Assembly: GCA_963735455.1 (NCBI GenBank)
Contig: CAVTKZ010000004.1
Span: 371,238-435,237, forward strand
DNA: 64,000 nucleotides
Source of the DNA: an uncultured Chloroflexia bacterium
GTDB lineage: Bacteria > Chloroflexota > Limnocylindria > Limnocylindrales > CSP1-4
Direction: 5' to 3'
The position numbers and the translations under genes are program-made. Under the pieces are notes generated by a model, which did no database searches, had not been told where the DNA came from, and saw only the letters and a list, made by a program, of their open reading frames with translations. Shown one piece after another: positions 33,379 through 41,847 of the stretch (position 1 is the stretch's first letter; each line of letters begins with the position of its first letter).

Positions 33379-34446
33379 ATGCGCTTCGACCGGATGATCA
33401 CGGCCGTCGATGCCCACGCGGCCGGCGAGCCGGGCCGGGTGATCACCGGCGGCGTCCTCGATGTCCCGGGCGCGACGATGCTCGACAAGATGGCCCACCT
33501 GCGCGACCACGCCGACGAACTGCGCAAGCTGATGCTGCGCGAGCCGCGGGGCTACCCGGCGGCCAACTGCAACCTGATTCTGCCGCCGACGATCCCCGGC
33601 GCCGACGCCGGCTACGTGATCATGGAGCAGGTCGAATACCCGGCGATGTCCGGCTCGAACACGATCTGCGTGGTCACCGTCCTGATCGAGACGGGCATGG
33701 TCCCGGTCGTCGAGCCGGTCACCACCCTCCGGCTCGAATCGCCGGCCGGCCTGATCGAGGTCCAGGCCGAGGTTCGCGACGGCCGGGTGATGAGCGTCAC
33801 GTTCCGCAACGTGCCGGCCTTCGCGGTCCATCTCGATGCGGTCGTCGAAGTGCCCCATCTGGGCTCGGTGACCGTCGACGTGGCCTGGGGCGGGATGTTC
33901 TACGTGATCGCCGACGCCGAACGGTTCGGCCTGCGGATCACGCCCGACGAGGCGCATGACATCGTCCGAATCGGCGAGATGGTCAAGCTGGCGGCCCAGG
34001 AGCAGCTGCCCGTCCGCCACCCGGTGAACCCCGAGCTGACGACCGGCGTGACGATCGCCCAGATCTCGGGCCCGGCCCATGCCCCCGGCTCGGCCCGTCG
34101 CAACGCGGTGATCGTGTCGACCGGCCAGGCCTCCTGGGACCGGCCCGAGAGCTGGACCGGCGCGATCGATCGCTCGCCGTGCGGCACCGGCACCAGCGCC
34201 AAGATGGCCTGCGAGCACGCCCGGGGACGGCTGGGCCTGGACCAGCCCTTCGTCCACGAGGGGATCCTGGGCACAACCTTCACCGGCCGGCTGGTCGCCC
34301 AGACCAAGGTCGGCGACTACCCGGCGGTGATCCCCACGATCAGCGGCCGGGCCTGGATCACCGGCTTCGCCCAGTACGTCGTGGCGCCCGACGACCCGTT
34401 CCCGACTGGCTACACCCTCACCGACATCTGGGCGTCGGCGACCTAG
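33379..34446 (+). CDS. proline racemase family protein (hydroxyproline epimerase/dehydratase-like)
   Basis: 'DAHAAGEPGRVITGG', 'REPRGY' and 'DRSPCGTGTSAKMA' family motifs. The first catalytic position reads 'AMSGSN' (Ser, not Cys). Confidence 0.85.
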   Translation: MRFDRMITAVDAHAAGEPGRVITGGVLDVPGATMLDKMAHLRDHADELRKLMLREPRGYPAANCNLILPPTIPGADAGYVIMEQVEYPAMSGSNTICVVTVLIETGMVPVVEPVTTLRLESPAGLIEVQAEVRDGRVMSVTFRNVPAFAVHLDAVVEVPHLGSVTVDVAWGGMFYVIADAERFGLRITPDEAHDIVRIGEMVKLAAQEQLPVRHPVNPELTTGVTIAQISGPAHAPGSARRNAVIVSTGQASWDRPESWTGAIDRSPCGTGTSAKMACEHARGRLGLDQPFVHEGILGTTFTGRLVAQTKVGDYPAVIPTISGRAWITGFAQYVVAPDDPFPTGYTLTDIWASAT

Positions 34447-34931
34447 AACTGCGGCTTGACCGCCATGAAGAAGACGATCAGGACGAGCAGGACGGTCAGG
34501 AAGATGCCCCCGTTCTGGGCCCGCGCGGCGAGGGCCAGAAAGGCTGGTGGCGGCGGGCCGGGCGGGGTGCCTGGCGCCGGCGCCGGCGCCGACTCGACGA
34601 GATGGATCATCGACTCGACCGTCCGCGCCTGGACCAGGATCGCGAAGCTGATGGCGATCACGTACAGGATGATTCCGGCCAGCAACCAGTGGGCCGCGAT
34701 CACGTCGAAGCCGACGGTCCAGATCAGGCCGATCCCGGTCACTGCCTGAAAGAGACCGAGCGGGATGATCAGGCGGCGCTCGATCATGTCGGTCAGCTTC
34801 AGCCCGAACAACGCGCCGGAGGGCATCGCCCGCGACTGGCTGGCGATGATCGGCAGCGTGAACGACGGCCCGAAGGCGGCGATCGCGCCCATCACGTGCA
34901 GGAACAGGAAGATCGTGGCGAGTGGGCTCAA
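34443..34931 (-). CDS. DUF2269-like membrane protein
   Basis: TTG at 34931 lies 6 nt after GGAGGG. Four TM helices ('IFLFLHVMGAIAAFGPSF..'). The ORF-track N-terminal extension is not protein-like. Confidence 0.6.
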   Translation of the reverse strand: MSPLATIFLFLHVMGAIAAFGPSFTLPIIASQSRAMPSGALFGLKLTDMIERRLIIPLGLFQAVTGIGLIWTVGFDVIAAHWLLAGIILYVIAISFAILVQARTVESMIHLVESAPAPAPGTPPGPPPPAFLALAARAQNGGIFLTVLLVLIVFFMAVKPQF

Positions 34932-35017
34932 GTGGGTCCCTCCAGTTGCGGATCGGCTGGGCGCCAATTCTGCGGCCCGGCCCGGGCGCCTATTCTGCAG
35001 TCCCGGAATGGGCACCG

Positions 35018-35920
35018 TCAGGCCGGATGGTAGGCCTCGGGCCCGGGCTTGATGCCGAGGCGGTCGAACAGGTCGTCAAGCTCGGCGAGAGTGGTCGCAT
35101 CCAGGGTCGGTGACGGACCGCGGGTGCGGCTCGTGGCGAAGATGCCCCGGCGATGGAGGACTTCCTTGCGGATCCCGAGGCCGATCACCGGCTGCGCCTC
35201 GTACTGGATCAAGGGCAGGTAGCGATCGAAGACGAGCCCGGCAGCGCGCCGGTCGCCGGCCTCGACGCGCTCGCGGACGGCCCGCAGAATCTCGGGGTAA
35301 GCAAAGCCGGTCATCGTGCCGCAGGCGCCCCGGCCCAGCTCGCCCAGCGCCGAGACGCCACCCAGCCCGCCGAAGATGTCGAGCTCGGAGTTGCCCGCCA
35401 GCAGCCGGCCGATCTTGTACGGCGTGGGCGGGTCCTCGATCTTCATCGTCCGGCTGCCGCTGGCGCTCGCGGCAGCGAGGAGGATGCTGACCGGGATCAC
35501 GACGCCCGTCGCGTTCGGCTCGTCCTGGATGACCAGGGGCAAGCCGGCGCCCGCCGCCTGGCGGAAATAGTCGGGCAGCTGGTCGAGGTTCCGAAAGAGC
35601 GGGGGAGCAGCGACCATCGCTGCGCAGGCGCCCAGCTCGCGGGCCTGGCCGGCCAGCTCGAGGGTCGCACTGACGGCGCTGCCCGAGCAGCCGACGGCGA
35701 TCGGCAGCCGCCCGGCGCTCGCCTCGAAGATGGTCCGCAGGGCGGCCGCCCGCTCCGCGGCGCTGAGGGTGCCGGGCTCGGCCATCACGCCCATGACCGT
35801 CAGGCCGTCGACGCCCCAGGCAAGAACAGCTTCAACGAGCCGGCCGAGACTGGCAAGATCGACGGCGCCGCCCGAATCGAACGGCGTCGGCACGATGTAC
35901 CAGGTCCCGCGCAGCCTCAC
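35018..35920 (-). CDS. dihydrodipicolinate synthase family protein (DapA-like lyase)
   Basis: 'VPTPFDSGGAVDLASLGRLVE..GVDGLTVMGVMAEPGTLSAAER' is a DHDPS/NAL family N-terminus. Confidence 0.8.
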   Translation of the reverse strand: MRLRGTWYIVPTPFDSGGAVDLASLGRLVEAVLAWGVDGLTVMGVMAEPGTLSAAERAAALRTIFEASAGRLPIAVGCSGSAVSATLELAGQARELGACAAMVAAPPLFRNLDQLPDYFRQAAGAGLPLVIQDEPNATGVVIPVSILLAAASASGSRTMKIEDPPTPYKIGRLLAGNSELDIFGGLGGVSALGELGRGACGTMTGFAYPEILRAVRERVEAGDRRAAGLVFDRYLPLIQYEAQPVIGLGIRKEVLHRRGIFATSRTRGPSPTLDATTLAELDDLFDRLGIKPGPEAYHPA

Positions 35921-36351
35921 GGCCGGGCCTTGGCGGGCGGCAGCTCCCAGGTCAGCATCACATGGCTCGACTCGTCAGCCGTGCCGCTCGACCGGTACGT
36001 CGCGAGGGCCGCGTCGTTGTCGTTGTCGGTCAGGACCCACATGTCGTAGCAGCCCTGCGCCCGGGCGATCTCGAGCAGCCCGCCGACGAGCGCCTTGCCA
36101 ATCCCGCGCCGCCGGAATGGCTCATCGACGGCCAGCTCGTACAGGAACATCTCGGTGCCCTTGTCCGGGTGGGTCAGCTCAACGCCGCTGACGAAGCCGG
36201 CCGGCGAGTCGTCCTCGAAGGCCATCAGGAGATGGTGGCCGGGGGTGCCGAGGAAGCGCTCGGCCGTCGCCAGGTCGGGCGGGGAGTCAAAAAGGTGGCC
36301 GGCGGCCACGATCGTCGGACCTTCGCCAGGCTGGATGGCCCGGATCGTCAT
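35917..36351 (-). CDS. GNAT family N-acetyltransferase
   Basis: 'LYELAVDEPFRRRGIGKALVGGLLEIARAQG' is the acetyl-CoA-binding motif A. 4-bp overlap with the downstream DapA-like gene. Confidence 0.75.
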   Translation of the reverse strand: MTIRAIQPGEGPTIVAAGHLFDSPPDLATAERFLGTPGHHLLMAFEDDSPAGFVSGVELTHPDKGTEMFLYELAVDEPFRRRGIGKALVGGLLEIARAQGCYDMWVLTDNDNDAALATYRSSGTADESSHVMLTWELPPAKARP

Positions 36352-36557
36352 CTCGTCATCTCCGCCCTAGTCTGCCACGGACCCACCGCAATCCGTCCGG
36401 ACCGGTGCCTGCCGCCCACGCTCAAACGTGCTTGCAGAACGCACCGGGTCCGCGGACTTCCGGATACGGCCGGGCGGCTTGTTCGTCTGCCACGATCCGG
36501 GGAGTTCCATGGCCGACGAGACGTTAGGGCGAGCCGAGAGATCCTGGGGGGAAACGG

Positions 36558-39196
36558 ATGCGTTCATCTAATTCCGTGAGAAACCTGCTCCTGGCAGGGG
36601 TCATCGCGGTTCTCGTAATCCTTCTCGGATTCGGGTCAACGAGGTTGATCTCGAATACGGGCGTCGCCGGAGCGGCCGGCCCAGCCGGCTCGCCTGGCGC
36701 GACCGGCCAGCGTGGCCCGGCGGGCGGGAACGGCGCCAATGGTGCCAACGGCACGAATGGCAAGGACGGCGCCGACGGCGCCGACGGCGCGGACGGCTTC
36801 AACGGGAGCCGGGGCGCGACGGGCGCGACCGGCCCGGCCGGACCTGGCGGCGGAACCAACGGAACCAACGGAACCAACGGAACCAACGGAACCGACGGAA
36901 CCGACGGAACCAACGGCGCCGCAGGCGCGACCGGAGCCACTGGTGTGGCCGGACCGGCCGGCGCGACGGGCGGCGCTGGCGCAACCGGAGCGGCTGGAGC
37001 TGTCGGACCGGCGGGCGCCACGGGTGCTGCCGGCGCGACGGGCGCCGCTGGCGGAGTCGGAGCGGACGGCGCGACGGGCTCGACCGGAGCCACCGGCGCA
37101 GCGGGCTCGACGGGTGCCACGGGTGCAGTCGGCGCGAATGGCGTCGCCGGCTCTGCCGGCACGAATGGCACGAATGGCATTGACGGCGCCCCGGGGGCCA
37201 CTGGCGCGGTCGGCGCGACCGGTGCCACGGGCGCGGTCGGCGCCAACGGCGCTGCCGGCACGAATGGCACGAATGGCGCCACGGGCGCTACTGGAGCCGC
37301 TGGAGCGACCGGGACGACTGGCGCTGCCGGAGCCAATGGCGCAGCCGGCGCCCCTGGAGCCGCCGGCGCAACGGGCGCAGCGGGCACCAACGGCGCCACG
37401 GGCGCTGCGGGCAATGACGGAGCCGCCGGCGCTACCGGCGCCGCGGGTACCAACGGTGCGGCGGGTGGCGCAGGAGCCACCGGCGCGACCGGAGCCACGG
37501 GCGCAACTGGGGCCGCTGGGCCGACGGGCGCCGCAGGAACGAATGGCACAGACGGAGCAACTGGCGCAACCGGTTCAGTCGGCGCACCGGGCGCGGCTGG
37601 CGCAACCGGAGCCACCGGCGCAACCGGGGCCGCTGGCCCGACGGGCGCCGCCGGAGCCAACGGGATTGACGGCGCACCCGGTGCCACCGGAGCTCCCGGA
37701 GCTACCGGTGCCGCGGGCACGAACGGAACGAACGGCACGAACGGAGTCGACGGCGCAGTAGGCGCGACCGGCGCCGCCGGCCCGATGGGCGCTACCGGCG
37801 CCGCGGGGACGAACGGAACGAACGGGACCAACGGCGTCGATGGCGCCACCGGTCCGACAGGACCTACGGGTCCCCAGGGCGATCCAGGTGGACCGGTTGG
37901 GCCCCAGGGTCCTCAGGGTCCCCAGGGCATCACCGGCGACACCGGTGACACCGGCGCCTCGGGCGCTCCGGGTGCGGCTGGCGCACGCGGACCCGCAGGA
38001 GCCACCGGCGCCGCAGGGCCTACCGGAGCGACCGGTTCAGCTGGGGCCACTGGCGCACCGGGCGCAACCGGCGCAACGGGATCGACCGGCGCTGCCGGTC
38101 CGACGGGCGCCGCTGGCACCGATGGAACCAACGGCATCGATGGTAACAACGGTGCACCTGGCACCGACGGTGCCCCGGGCATCGACGGAACCAACGGCAC
38201 CAACGGCATCGATGGCCAAAACGGTCAGGATGGTGCCCCGGGCGCCGCTGGCACCGACGGAACCAACGGCACCAACGGCATCGACGGCCAAAACGGCCAG
38301 GATGGTGCCCCGGGCACCGACGGAACCAACGGCACCAACGGCATCGATGGCCAAAACGGTCAGGATGGTGCCCCGGGCATCGCAACGGCACCAACGGCAC
38401 CAACGGCATCGACGGAACCAACGGTGCCCCGGGCATCGACGGAACCAACGGCACCAACGGCCTCGATGGCAGCAATGGATCCAACGGCCAGGACGGCGCT
38501 GACGGAGCAACCGGCGCTGCCGGTCCGATGGGCTCGCCCGGCCTCGACGGCACCAATGGCACCAACGGCAGCGATGGCGCCACTGGCAGCACCGGGCCGG
38601 CCGGACCCACTGGAGCACAGGGCGTCCAGGGCGACACCGGTCCCCAGGGTGCGACGGGCGATCCGGGAGGTCCAGTCGGACCGCAAGGACCGCAGGGTGA
38701 GCAGGGCCTTACCGGCGACACCGGCGCCACCGGCGCCTCAGGCGCTCCTGGCGCCGCCGGCGCACGGGGTACCGCGGGGACCAACGGAACGAACGGAACC
38801 AATGGCGCAACCGGCGCAACCGGATCTCCCGGAGCTGCTGGAGCCACTGGTGCTCCAGGCGCGATGGGCGCCACCGGAGCAACGGGAGCAACCGGAGCAG
38901 CAGGTGCCGTCGGAGCCGATGGGGCTCGCGGAGCCACGGGCGCTGACGGGACGAGCGGTTCCGCCGGAGCCGCCGGCGCAACTGGCCCCGCAGGACCAGC
39001 CGGAGCCGACGGGGCCCCGGGCGCGGCCGGTGCCGCTGGAGTCAACGGGACCTCGGTCACGATGACCTCAATTCCGTCGAGTGACACCTCAAGGTGTGGC
39101 GGAAACGGCGGCGCAGAGCTCCAGATGCTCAACGCTGCCGGCGACCCAACGGGCAGCCCGATCGACATCTGCAACGGGGGGCTTTCCCCGGGCTGA
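36558..39196 (+). CDS. membrane-anchored collagen-like (Gly-X-Y)n repeat protein; reading frame broken near 38383 by a 2-nt lesion
   Basis: Lower-GC start '[27 protein letters not shown]' (TM anchor). About 265 G-X-Y triplets span 36660-39055 ([12 protein letters not shown]...). The first 607 codons are in frame with 36558. Collagen phase then continues in the frame of ORF 38528..39196, which ends in a 47-aa 2-Cys domain. A strong terminator follows. Confidence 0.8.
38169..38460 (+). repeat. tandem 63/72/63-bp coding repeats (GAPG[ID/AAGTD/TD][15 protein letters not shown]) inside the collagen-like gene
   Basis: Units start at Gly538, Gly559, Gly583 and Gly604 of the ORF. The units are near-identical at nucleotide level. 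The fourth unit carries the frame break. Confidence 0.8.
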
Positions 39197-39224
39197 GGCC
39201 CGTGGGCAGTCCTTCGCATACGAG

Positions 39225-39251
39225 AAGAGCCCCGGGTCACCCGGGGCTCTT
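39225..39251 (+). terminator. Rho-independent-type terminator hairpin after the collagen-like gene
   Basis: Perfect 12-bp stem AAGAGCCCCGGG / CCCGGGGCTCTT with a 3-nt loop (TCA), followed by TCCTTGTCC. Starts 29 nt after the TGA. Confidence 0.7.
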
Positions 39252-39291
39252 TCCTTGTCCCCGATTCTCGACCCCAGGGCTTGACTGCCTC

Positions 39292-39336
39292 TTGACAGGC
39301 CGTGCCGCAGCCTGCTACCTTGGGCTAGAAAGGTAG
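39292..39336 (+). promoter_or_regulatory. padR promoter (TTGACA-18 nt-TACCTT) overlapped by inverted repeat CTACCTT-N8-AAGGTAG (candidate PadR operator)
   Basis: -35 at 39292-39297 and -10 at 39316-39321. Inverted-repeat arms at 39315-39321 and 39330-39336. The ATG is at 39345. Confidence 0.5.
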
Positions 39337-39344
39337 TAGAGCCA

Positions 39345-39665
39345 ATGCAAGACTCAAAGCTTGGGCCGCTGCGCAAGGGACTCCTGGAGTTCCTGATCCT
39401 CGAGATCGTCTCGGCGGGCGACGTCTATGTGGCGGACATCCTGGGGCGCCTGGCCACGACCGACTTCGCCACCCGCGAGGGGACCCTCTACCCGCTGCTG
39501 AGCAAGATGCGGAGCGAGGGCCTGCTCGACTACGACTGGCGTGAGTCGGCGGCGGGGCCGCCGCGCAAGTACTACCGCCTGACCGACGCAGGACGAGCCC
39601 AGCTCGCGCATTTCCGAGCGTATTGGGCCTCGCTGACCTCACTCATCGACGAACTGGGAAGGTGA
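39345..39665 (+). CDS. PadR family transcriptional regulator
   Basis: 'LLEFLILEIVSAGDVYVADILGRL..REGTLYPLLSKMRSEGLL..PRKYYRLTDAGR' is a canonical PadR winged helix. Confidence 0.85.
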   Translation: MQDSKLGPLRKGLLEFLILEIVSAGDVYVADILGRLATTDFATREGTLYPLLSKMRSEGLLDYDWRESAAGPPRKYYRLTDAGRAQLAHFRAYWASLTSLIDELGR

Positions 39666-39668
39666 ATC

Positions 39669-40391
39669 ATGGATAAGACGGCCGTCATCAGCCTGAACGG
39701 GCATAGCGAGCAGTTCCGACTCGATGGTGACGCATATGACCTGCTCTCGAGCTATCTCGATCGGGCGGCGGGGCGGTTGCCGCAGGGTTCCGATCGGGTG
39801 GAGGTCCTGGGTGACCTGGAGCGCTCCGTCGGGGACAAGCTCGTGGCCGCCCTCGGCTCCGAGGACCGGGTGGTCACCGCCACCGACATCGAGGCGATCG
39901 TCGAGGAGATCGGCGGGGTCGAGGCCGACGGCGAAGGCGACCAGGGGCCGGGTGCGGGCCTGCTCCCGCGCCGGCTGCGGAGCCTCCACCGGATCCGGGC
40001 GGGCAAGCAGCTCGCCGGCGTGTGCACCGGCATCGCCGCGTACGCCGACCTGGACGTCAGCTGGGTGCGCCTCGGATTCCTCGCCGCGTCCGTCCTGACC
40101 GCGGGCATCGTCGCAGTGCTCTACATCCTGCTGGCCTTTGTCCTGCCGATCACCCCGACGGCCGACAGCCCGGTCCCGCAGCGTGATCGCCGCCTCGAGC
40201 GGATCCGGGAGGGCCAGCAGATTGCCGGCGTGTGCAATGGGCTGGCCGCCTACGCCGAGATCGATGTCAACTGGGTTCGAGCCCTGTTCCTGCTCGCGAC
40301 GGCCGTCACGGCCGGCGGCTTCCTGCTGGTCTATGCCGCCCTGGCGTTCATGCTGCCGATCCGCGCGGCGCGCCCGATCTCGGGCCGGTAA
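39669..40391 (+). CDS. membrane protein with two PspC domains
   Basis: Two copies of the PspC signature: 'LHRIRAGKQLAGVCTGIAAYADLDVSWVRLGF' and 'LERIREGQQIAGVCNGLAAYAEIDVNWVRALF'. Confidence 0.8.
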   Translation: MDKTAVISLNGHSEQFRLDGDAYDLLSSYLDRAAGRLPQGSDRVEVLGDLERSVGDKLVAALGSEDRVVTATDIEAIVEEIGGVEADGEGDQGPGAGLLPRRLRSLHRIRAGKQLAGVCTGIAAYADLDVSWVRLGFLAASVLTAGIVAVLYILLAFVLPITPTADSPVPQRDRRLERIREGQQIAGVCNGLAAYAEIDVNWVRALFLLATAVTAGGFLLVYAALAFMLPIRAARPISGR

Positions 40392-40448
40392 TCGGACCAT
40401 GGCCGAGGGCGCGCACGCCGTGGTAGCGTGTCGTCCTGGCCAGCCCAG

Positions 40449-40524
40449 GCGGGAGTAGCTCAGTTGGCAGAGCGTCAGCCTTCCAAGCTGAATGTCGCGA
40501 GTTCGAACCTCGTCTCCCGCTCCA
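40449..40524 (+). tRNA. tRNA-Gly (anticodon UCC), CCA encoded
   Basis: Manual cloverleaf: acceptor GCGGGAG/CTCCCGC, D arm GCTC-AGTTGGCA-GAGC, anticodon arm TCAGC-CTTCCAA-GCTGA, 5-nt variable loop, T arm GCGAG-TTCGAAC-CTCGT, then T-CCA. Confidence 0.9.
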
Positions 40525-40538
40525 CCTCCGTCCAGTTC

Positions 40539-40988
40539 ATGGTCGAGGACCCCGGCTCGGCGGACGCGCAATGGTGCGTCGAGCAGTATTTCGCCGAGCT
40601 GAATGCCCGGTTCCCGGGCGGCTTCAATCCGGCCCTGAGCATCTCCGCGGATCGCAGCGAGCTGACCCCGCCGGCCGGCCTCTTCCTGATCGCCCGGACG
40701 GCGGACCGGCCGGTTGGCTGCGGCGCCCTCAAGCTCCATCCCGGCGCGCCGGCCGAGCTGAAGCGGATGTGGGTCGCACCCGGAGCGCGCGGCCTCGGGC
40801 TGGGCCGCCGGATCCTGGCCGAGCTGGAGGAGCGCGCCCGGAGCGCGGGTGTCGAGATCCTCCGCCTCGAGACGAACGGGACCCTGGCCGAGGCAATCGC
40901 CCTGTATCGCAAGAGCGGCTTCGACGAGGTCCCGGCCTTCAACACCGAGCCTTATGCCCAGCACTGGTTCGAGAAGCGGCTGGCCTGA
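40539..40988 (+). CDS. GNAT family N-acetyltransferase
   Basis: ATG at 40539. 'ELKRMWVAPGARGLGLGRRILAELEERARSAG' (motif A) and 'AIALYRKSGF'. The ORF-track N-terminus would run through the tRNA. Confidence 0.75.
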   Translation: MVEDPGSADAQWCVEQYFAELNARFPGGFNPALSISADRSELTPPAGLFLIARTADRPVGCGALKLHPGAPAELKRMWVAPGARGLGLGRRILAELEERARSAGVEILRLETNGTLAEAIALYRKSGFDEVPAFNTEPYAQHWFEKRLA

Positions 40989-41010
40989 TCGGGGCGGTAC
41001 TCTCAGCGCG

Positions 41011-41844
41011 ATGGACGACGCCCTCCTGGCCAATCGCGACCTGTGGAACGCCTGGACGAAGATCAACCGGGCGTCCGCGTTCTATGACGTCGACTCGTTC
41101 CGGGACGGCCGCAACCCGATCCGGATCTCCGACTATGAGCTTGACGAAGTTGGTTCGGTCGAGGGCAAGACCCTTCTCCACCTCCAGTGCCACTTCGGCC
41201 TCGATAGCCTGTCGTGGGCCCGTCTCGGGGCGACGGTCACGGGCGCCGATTTCTCGTCGGAAGGGATCGCCACGGCGCGCAGCCTCGCTGCGGAGCTCGC
41301 AATCCCGGCGACCTTCGTGCAGGCCAACCTGTACGACCTGCCGGCCGAGCTCGACGGCCAGTTCGACGTCGTCTACACGTCCAAGGGCGTCCTCGGCTGG
41401 CTGCCCGACATCGCCGGCTGGGCGCGAGTCGTCGCGCACTTCGTGAAACCCGGAGGCTTCTTCCACATGACGGAGGTCCATCCGGTGGTCCAGGTCTTCG
41501 AGGACGAGGGAGTCGCGCCGGGCGAGCTCAAGCTGGTCTACCCGTACTGGAGCCATCGCGAGGCGATCCGGTTCGAGGTTCATGGCTCGTATGCCGATCC
41601 ATCGGCGCCGACCGAGGGCCTCATGGGGCACGGCTGGGACCACTCCCTGGGCGAGATCGTCACGGCCCTGATCGATGCCGGGCTGCGTATCGAGTTCCTG
41701 CACGAGTTCGACTTCGTCGAGTGGCCGGTCGACTTCCTGGTCGAGAGCGCTGACGGGCGCTGGCGCCTGCCACCCGGGACGGCCGGCCAGCTGCCGCTGT
41801 TCTTCTCGCTCAAGGCAGGCAAGCCGCTCGAGGGGAGCTCGTAG
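41011..41844 (+). CDS. class I SAM-dependent methyltransferase
   Basis: 'KTLLHLQCHFGLDSLSWARLGATVTGADFS' SAM-binding motif I. ATG lies 7 nt after TACTCT (40998-41003). Confidence 0.8.
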   Translation: MDDALLANRDLWNAWTKINRASAFYDVDSFRDGRNPIRISDYELDEVGSVEGKTLLHLQCHFGLDSLSWARLGATVTGADFSSEGIATARSLAAELAIPATFVQANLYDLPAELDGQFDVVYTSKGVLGWLPDIAGWARVVAHFVKPGGFFHMTEVHPVVQVFEDEGVAPGELKLVYPYWSHREAIRFEVHGSYADPSAPTEGLMGHGWDHSLGEIVTALIDAGLRIEFLHEFDFVEWPVDFLVESADGRWRLPPGTAGQLPLFFSLKAGKPLEGSS

Positions 41845-41847
41845 CCG

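Noticed and set aside
36524-37849. 441-aa Pro/Ala/Val-rich ORF on the minus strand, plus several other 80-400-aa ORFs in all frames across 36.5-39.2 kb.
   Set aside because: They are the mechanical consequence of (GGN-NNN-NNN)n coding repeats. The antisense of Gly codons gives Pro/Ala, and shifted frames give Ala-Pro-Thr or His-Gln-Arg strings. Only the Gly-X-Y frame has a proper start, a TM anchor, a C-terminal domain and a terminator.
36660-39055. The repetitive region considered as a CRISPR array or other non-coding tandem array.
   Set aside because: Periodicity is 9 nt (codon triplets), not 28-37-nt repeats separated by unique spacers. There are no cas genes. The region is coherent as a protein-coding collagen-like repeat.
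39250-39290. A possible fourth copy of the TCTCAG direct-repeat box upstream of padR ('GATTCTCGACCCCAGGGC').
   Set aside because: Only one half-site matches approximately (TTCTCG). No second hexamer lies 11 bp away, and the spacing to a -10 element is wrong. The single TCTCAG hexamers at 8874, 41001 and 43683 likewise lack a phased partner.
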